A stretch of DNA of 64,000 nt. It comes from Candidatus Woesearchaeota archaeon (lineage in GTDB: Archaea > Nanobdellota > Nanobdellia > Woesearchaeales > GW2011-AR15). This document shows positions 15,001-24,000 of this stretch, piece by piece. The translations under genes and the position numbers were made by a program. Within the stretch, counting starts at the first letter, position 1; each line of letters opens with the position of its first letter. The notes under the pieces are model-generated. The model made no database searches, was not told the DNA's origin, and saw nothing but the letters and a program-made list of their open reading frames with translations. Location of the stretch: the NCBI GenBank assembly GCA_014729915.1, contig WJJD01000058.1:18293-82292 (forward strand), in the 5' to 3' direction.

Positions 15001-18000
15001 CATCCGGATCCTTGACTCAGGAGAATTTAATCTTCACATAATCTGCAGGGAAAATCCAGTTACAGAAGAAGACACCAACTGGACAATCTCTTTTGGAACA
15101 TTGTCATCAGAACTGATAAGCCCAACAATAGATATCAATGTCTCAAGAAACAGGTTTTTTAATTTTACATCAAAAATAACCTGTTCAGGAGGTGAATGCG
15201 GATATGTAAAAGCAGGTCTTGATCCTGTGAACTGGTGGAACACTTCCTGGGAAAGAAGAAAACAGATAAACATTACAAATATCGGATCATCTGTACTTTC
15301 AGATTTCCCTGCATACCTTAATATATCAAAAGAATCTGGCATGAGAAATGATTTTTATGATCTTCGATTCTTCAACGGATCATGCGGTTTTGAGACAGAA
15401 GAATTAGCATACGAGATAGAATTCAATGGATCTCTTCAGGCTGATATCTGGTTGAAAATCCCCTCTTTAAATCCGGGGAAAAATACTCTCTGCATGTATT
15501 ACTCAAATTCACAAGCGCAAAATGCAGAAAACATTTCAGGGGTATGGGATGATGATTATGTGATGGTCCTTCACTTGGATGAGACAACAGGTGTACATTA
15601 TGACTCCACATCATATAATTACAATGGTTCTGGTTCAGTGAACAGCCAGGATGCAGAAGGCTATATTGACGGTGCAGATGAATTTGACGGAACAAGCAGC
15701 TATATCACAGCAGGAGATATTGATGAATTTTCTGACCAGATAACTCTAGAAGCATGGATAAAACCGGACGGAACACAATCCAGCTGGGCAAAAATAATAT
15801 CAAAAAGAAATTCGGCAAATAATCATTATGTATATACTTTGCAATATGACAGCGCACAGCATCTGACATTCCAGCTCAATGATGCTGCTTTAGCTGCCAC
15901 AACAACATCTACATATTCGTCTCAGTCCTGGGTATATGCAGCAGGATCATATAATGGAGCAGATATGGATCTTTATGTTGACGGAGTCTCGGCAGCATCT
16001 GATTCCGGAGCAACAGTGGTGCCTGCTTCAGATTATCCTACATCCTTAGGAGCCAGGTACAGATCAGGAGCAGACCAGTATTTCGGAGGAACAATAGATG
16101 AGGCAAGAATATCAAAAAAAGGAAGAAGCCGGATATGGATAAACCAGACCTATCAGATGATGGCAAATCCTCAAAATATTGTAGAATACAGTTCTGGAGA
16201 AATAAACAAGGGCCTGATATCAACTAATGAAGGAGATACTCCGTTTTATACAATTGATGACAATCCAATGAACTCAACCTATCTTGCATGCCTGGCAAAC
16301 ATGACAGCTGGTGAGTCCTGCAACACAACATGGAGTGTTAATGCAACCGGTACTGCAGATTCAGTCTGGGAATTTTTTGCAACATATGAATCAATGAACT
16401 ATTCAGATAATGTGTCTGAAAATATAACAACAACTGTAAATATTAATATAATTGACAACCAGGCACCGGTTGTTGAATCGATCTCATTATCTGCACAAAA
16501 TCCCGGAGAGACAAGGGATCTCAACTGCACATTTATCGTGACTGATTCAAGCTCATTTGATATTTTGACTGCAAATGTCTCCTGGTATAAGGACGATGAA
16601 TTGTCATATTCAAAAATCATTGATGTCTCAAACGGAGTTTTAAAAAATCATATTCTTGATTCAGCAAACACAACAGCAGGAGAGGTCTGGCACTGCGGAG
16701 TAACTCCATATGATCAGTATTTATATGGAAATTCCCAAAACTCATCAAAAATTACAATACAGCTGTCAGAGCCCCCGGTTATCAGCGGGATCCAGTGCAA
16801 AGAGAACGGAGAATCATGGGCAGGCTGTTCAGAGATACAGTTCAATGACAATTTGACTCATATAAGAGCAGATTGTTTTGATCCTGACGGAGAGGTAATA
16901 AATGTAACATTTACTTTGAAAAATCTTGATGATAACTACACATATTTTTCAGGAACAACACAAGATAATTCCTCTGGTTATTTTGTATTTAATAACACGG
17001 ATATCAGGATAACGGACTCCGGTGATTTCAGGCTGACTGCAGTTTGCAGAGATGATTTTGATGTCAATGACACAGAGCAGACAGAATGGCTTGTGCCCTG
17101 GGGAACATTATCATCAACTTTACTTGATCCGACTGGTAATATCAATGTGACAAAAAACAAATTTTTTAATTTTTCATCCCGGATAAGTTGTTCAGGAGGT
17201 GAGTGCGGACATGTCAATGTCAGTCTGGACCCTGTAAAAACCTGGTGGAACTCTTCCTGGGAGTATCGGAAAGAGATTAATATCACAAGTCTTGGCTCTC
17301 TTGAGAAATTTCCGGCATATCTGAATATCTCAAAAGAATCAGAGATGAGGGATGATTACTATGACTTAAGATTTTTTAACGGCTCGTGCGGTGCAGACAC
17401 AGAAGAATTAGCATATGAGATAGAATTCAATGGAACTTTTAATGCTGATGCTTGGGTAAAGATACCTGCTTTATCAGCAGGAACAAACACAATCTGCATG
17501 TATTACGGAAATTCAGATGCAGAGAATGGTGAGGATATTGCCGGAGTATGGGATGATGATTATGTGATGGTCCTTCACCTTGATGAATCAGCAGGCATGC
17601 ATTATGACTCTTCTTCATATGGCTATAACGGTACACCTGATTCAATTTCTGATCAGGATGCAGCAGGTTATATTGACGGTGCAGATGAATTTGACGGAAC
17701 AAGCAGCTATATCACAGCAGGAGATATTGATGAGTTTTCTGATAAGATAACATTAGAAGCTTGGATAAAACCGGACGGATCCCAGGAAGATTATGCAAAA
17801 ATCATAACAAAAAGATCAGACAGCAACCACTATTTATATACTCTTCAGTACGATGATTCCCAGCACCTGATTTTCCAGGTCAACGATAATACAATAGGAG
17901 TTGAATCAGCAGCTACGTATTCAGCATCCTCATGGAGCCATGTTCTGGGTACTTATGATGGGTCTGACATGAATCTTTATATAGACGGAGTGCCTGAAAC

Positions 18001-21000
18001 ACCAGCTTCAGGATCAACTACAATTCCCGGTTCATCATATCCCGCAGGAATAGGAGCAAGATATCTCTCTTCTGCCAGCCATTTTTTCGGAGGAATCATA
18101 GATGAGGCAAGAATATCAAAAAAAGCACGATCACAGGTATGGGCAAACCAGACCTACCGGATGATGGCAGACCAGGATTCTTTTGTGACGGAGGGCAGAT
18201 CTGAAAAAGGAAAATCCCTTGTCTCAACAATACATGGTGACACCCCGTTTTATACCACTGATGCAAATCCTGTTTTTCCTGAAGATGAAAACTGCCTTGA
18301 AAATATGATTAGTGGTGTTTCCTGCAATATCTCCTGGGAGATAAATGCAACAGGAAATTACTGGACAACCTGGGAATTTTTTGTTGAATCCATGGCTATG
18401 AATTATTCAGACAATATATCAACATCAATAAGCAGCAAAATTAACATAACAATAACACCAAATCAGGCTCCGTCTCTGTCCTCAGTGAGCATTTCTCCTG
18501 AGTATCCTGTGCATACAGACAACCTTACATGCAGATTTACAATAACTGATCCGAATTATTTTGATTCCTTATCTGCAAACATAACCTGGTACAATAATAG
18601 TATTCCGGCTTACTCACAGACAGTTGATGCTTTAAACGGGATTGTTGCAAATGCAACTCTCAATTCAATAAACACTACTGCAGGAGAAAAATGGCACTGC
18701 GGGGTAATACCCTATGACGGGAATCTCTACGGAGATGAATTAAATTCATCAAACATCACAATACTTTCAGAAAGGCCTCCTGAAATAAACAAAATCGAGT
18801 GCTACAGGAATAACACGGACTGGATTGACTGCAGTGCATTGGAATTCAATGATGTCTTTTCAGGAGTCCGTGCAAATTGTACAAGTGATCAGAACTCAAT
18901 ATCCAATGTCACTTTTAATTTTACAAACATCCCTGATTCACAAAAATATTTTGAGAATAAAACAGCAACAAATACTGGAGATTGGTGGTATTTTTATAAA
19001 AATATAACAATGAACAATTCAGGTGAATACAATATCTATTCAGTATGCAGGGACAACTCAACAAACACAACAGATGTCGATGAGCTTACAAACTGGACTA
19101 TACCGTGGGGAACACTCTCAGCTAGCTTAATAGAACCGGATGCTGATACAAACAAGCAGGTTGATTCGTTTTTCAACTTTACTTCGGAGATAACATGTCT
19201 GAATGGTGAGTGCGGAAATGTTGAAGCACAGCTTGATCCTTCTGTAAGCTGGTGGAATTATTCCTGGGATAAGAGAAAAGAGATTAATATAACTTCAGTT
19301 GCCTCAGCTGAACTTGCAAACTTTCCGGTTTATCTTAATATAACAAAAGAATCAGATATGCAGAATGATTATGAAGATTTAAGGTTCTTCAACAGTACAT
19401 GCAATGATCATCAGTCAACAGAGCTGAATTTTGAGATAGAGAAATATGATTCATCTAACGCAGATATCTGGTTAAGCCTTCCGATATTAAAACCTGGAAC
19501 AAACACAATATGCATGTATTATGATAATGCTGCTGCTTTGTCAGGAGAAAATATCTCCGGAGTATGGGATGATGATTATGTTCTTGTGCTGCATTTAGAT
19601 GAATCCTCAGGAACCCATTATGATTCAACCAGCTATGGATACAATGGAAGTCCGTCGGTCCTTGATCAGAATGCAGCAGGTTATATTGATGGTGCAGATG
19701 AATTTGACGGGACAAGCAGCTATATAACAGCAGGAGATATTGATGAATTTTCTGATGAAATAACATTAGAAGCATGGATAAAACCGGACGGATCACAGGA
19801 TGACTGGTCAAAAATCATAACAAAAAGAAATTCAGGAGATTCAGATTATGTATATACACTGCAGTATGACAATGCCCAGCAGTTGATGTTTCAGTTAAAT
19901 GATGCAGCGATATCTTCAACTACAACAACAACTTATTCTTCTTCAGTATGGTCATATATAGCCGGCTCATACAATGGTTCAGACATGGATCTTTATGTTG
20001 ACGGGATTTCCAGGGGATCAGATTCAGGATCAACTACAATTCCCGGTTCAACGTACCTGACAGGAATCGGAGCAAGGTATATTTCATCAGCAAGCCATTT
20101 TTTCGGAGGCACAATTGATGAGGTCAGGATATCTAAGATAGGAAGGACAATGGACTGGATCAATCAGACTTATCAGCAGGTTGCTGATTACGAAAATATA
20201 ATAACAGTCGGAGACCAGGAAACCAGGCAGAAAGGTACGGTTTCAACAATTGAAGGAGACACTCCATTCTATACAACAGATGAGAATCCTCTGAACTATT
20301 CTCATAAATCTTGTCTTGAGAATCTTATTGCAGGAAGAGTCTGTAATGTTACCTGGAAGGTAAATGCAACAGGGCCCGTAGGCTCAGTTCATGAGTTTTT
20401 TGTGATATACAACATGACAACCAACCGGCCTTATGTATCAGATACAGAAACAACCCATATCTACATAACGATAAGTGATTCAGCAGACATCCCTCCTGCA
20501 GTCTCCTTATTAAGGCCTGAGAATAATCACCTTACAAATCATCCTGATGTAGTATTTAACTGTTCAGCATCTGACAATACCGGACTTTTTAATATAACAT
20601 TATACAGCAATTTCGGAGGTTCTTTTGAAGAGAATGGTACAAACAGCATAACAGGTACAGAAAATTCAACTACATTCTCAAGAACACTTAATCAGGGGAC
20701 ATATATATGGAACTGCCTTGGTTTTGATATTGACGGGAATTCTGACTGGGGAAATTCAAATTATACATTTACAATAGATACAACTTCCCCTTCAATTTCT
20801 TTGTCAGGACCTGGTGATGGAGATTCTTTTAACAATAACAATATTGAGTTCAATTTTACAGTTATGGATAACCTTGACACAACTATGGTCTGCAACATAA
20901 CAGTAAACAACACAGTTGAGGATGAGAATTTTAATGCCGGCAACAATTCATTAATAACAAGGACAATCACAGAATTCGGATCAGGAACCCACTTCTGGAA

Positions 21001-24000
21001 TATAACCTGTGTTGATGATGCAGGAAATATTAATACAAGCGATACAAGAAATTTCACGATATCAGATCTTCCTCCAGAAGTCTTTTTATTGACTGAAGAT
21101 GATGTTTACCAGAGTTCAGATTCAATCTCTCTTGCATATAACGCAACTGACAACAATAATGTCACAGAATCAATGCTTTACATAAACGGGATTTTGAATG
21201 ATACAACTGATGATCCAATAGATAATATTGAACAGACATTTAATTTAACTAATTTAGCAGAGGGAATCTATAACTGGACAGTAAATGTCTCAGACATAAA
21301 TAATCTTACAGATATGGCATCAGAAAGATGGTTTACAGTTGATTACACAAAACCTTCAATAAACCTTACAGGACCAGAAAACGGTTCTTTGCTTAACATG
21401 AGCACAGTTTCTTTTAATTATACAGTCTTTGACAATCTTGATTCAGGATTGATCTGCAATATCACGATAAACAATACAGTAAGGGATTTAAATTACGCTG
21501 CTGCAAATAATACTCAGATCTTTAGAGATATAACATTGATTGACGGGGTCCATTACTGGAACGTAACCTGTGCGGATAATGCAGGAAACACAAATACAAG
21601 CATAACAGGAACTGTCCGGATAAGCTCTTCTCCGACAGTTGTTCTTGATTCTCCGGAACAAAATTACTCACAGAATACTCAAGACATGACCTTTTATTAC
21701 ACACCGACAGACAACACTAATTTTACAAGCTGTGATCTTTTAATAAATGATAAAGTCAACAAGACAAATTCAAGCATAACAAATGGTGCACAGAACCAAT
21801 TTTTTGTGCTAGGATTTTCTGAAGGAACATACAACTGGACTGTAAACTGTACAGATACAATAGGTCTTTTTTCTGCTGCATCTCCTAAAAGAGATTTTAC
21901 TATTGATTTGAAAAAACCATCTATAATACTCCACCATCCGCTTTTGAACAAGACATTTTATTCAAGAGATGTGATGTTTAATTATACTGTGGTTGATGAT
22001 TTTTCCGACACACTTAGCTGCAACCTTACAATAGACAGAGAAGTGAATCTTACAGGTATATCATCAATAAACAATACACCTGTCAACAGGACAATAACAA
22101 TTACAGACGATGGTCTCCATTGGTGGAACATAACATGTATTGATGATGCAGGAAACTCAAATACAAGCATTACAAGAAACTTCACAACCTTAAATCCTCC
22201 TGAAATAACTCTTGTTTCTCCTGAAGATAATACAATCCTTACAAACGGCACAGATATTGAATTTGAATACAGCCTGTCAGATTTGGATGGTATAGATAAC
22301 TCAAGCATTTTTATCAACGGAAAAAGAAACAAGACTGATTACAGTCCGAGCACGGAAATAAATAATTATTTTTATCTTAATTTTTCAGAACAGGGAATCT
22401 ATACATGGAATATCGAAGCATTTGATTTAGAGGGACTTGGAGCCAATGCAACACCAAGAACACTCACAATCGATTATTCTCCTCCTGTTGTTACCATAAA
22501 CTCTCCTAAGGAAGGGGATAATCTGTCATGGAACAATGCAACATTTAATTTTACAGTCACTGACAATCTTGATTCACAGCTTTTTTGCAACATAACAATA
22601 AATGATACAACAGAATATGAAAATATAACTGTCTCAAACAACAGCGATGTAATAAGATACAGGATTGTCAGGGATGGAAATTATAATTGGTCAGTAACAT
22701 GCATTGATCATGCAAACAACACAAACGAGTATAAATTGATAAATTTCTCAGTGTCTGCTCCCCCGGATATCACATTAAACTACCCTGTAGATAACTACAG
22801 GACTGGACAGGTAAATCTCACATTCAATTATACACCCGGAGATGCAATCGGATTAGAGAATTGTACATTAATTATCAACGGAGAAGATAATAAGACAGAT
22901 GAAGAAATAGACAAGAACATATACAACTATTTTGATGTGGATGAGTTTCCCGAGGGAGAATACAACTGGACAGTAAGGTGCTATGATAAGACTCCTGAAT
23001 TCAATGAATATACTGCTGCAGCTGAAAACTTTACAATTGATCTTACAGGACCTTCTATAAATATTCACAGTCCTTTAGAGAGTGATTCTATCAACACAAA
23101 CGATGTTTTCTTTAACTGGACACCAATTGATAATTACGGAATAGATTTAATATGCAATCTGACACTAGACGGAGAAGTGAATATTTCAGGAATTACAACT
23201 CAAAGCAGTTCTTTGACAAACAGGACAATTTATGATCTTGATTTCGGAGCACATAACTGGAGTGTGGCCTGCAGGGATGACCTTAATAATAAAAACACAA
23301 CAGAAACTTACAATTTTACAATAAACAATGCTGATCTTACATTAAATTCTTCACATATAACCTTTAATAATTCTGCACCTGAAGAAAATGAGAATATCAC
23401 AATCTATGCAAAAATATTTAATACAGGAGGATCAGATGCAGAAAACTTTACGGTCCAGTTCTTCCGGGGAAACTACACCTTAGGAAATCAGATAAACGAA
23501 AACAGGACATTAAGTCTTCTGATTGGTGAAAATAAGACTGTCAATACTACCTGGTCTGCAGGTGTACCAAATCCATATTATATTTTTGTTGTTGTTGATC
23601 CGCCCATAGCTTCAGAAGGAATCATTGCAGAGCTCAATGAATCCAACAATGTTGCTTTTAATACAGTTTATGTCGGAAGCTATAACACACTTTACGGAAA
23701 TATTTCAGGAGTTCTTAATATAAAGCAGAACCTTACAAACAGGACAGTATTTGAATGGTCGTTATTAAATTTTACAGGAAGCAACATATATGCGGTTGAT
23801 TATGACAGCAATATTGACTGGACAGATCTTCATGCTGTAAGCAGAAATACAACTCTGGATTATATTCAGGATGATTTTTTTGAGATAGATACCGCTCTTC
23901 AGATGGAAAACAACACAGACTCTTTAAACCAAAGCTACACTGCAAATTCACAGCCCAAATTAACCAGAAACTTTACAGTCTATTCCTCTTCGATTTCATA

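Noticed and set aside
223-23068. About 25 short ORFs (60-160 aa) in the ORF track on the minus strand or in other frames inside the giant gene, for example 223..543(-), 637..1119(-) and 14083..14490(-)
   Set aside because: All lie entirely within the continuous 24-kb coding frame. They have no conserved motifs, and they recur at the same relative place in each repeat module, as expected for shadow ORFs of a repetitive gene. No support for antisense coding was seen.
13050-23330. Possibility that the highly regular ~270-300-nt periodic repeats represent a CRISPR array or a satellite
   Set aside because: The repeats are in frame and protein-coding (Ig-like domains). They are not identical at nucleotide level, and they lack the short-repeat/unique-spacer structure of CRISPR.
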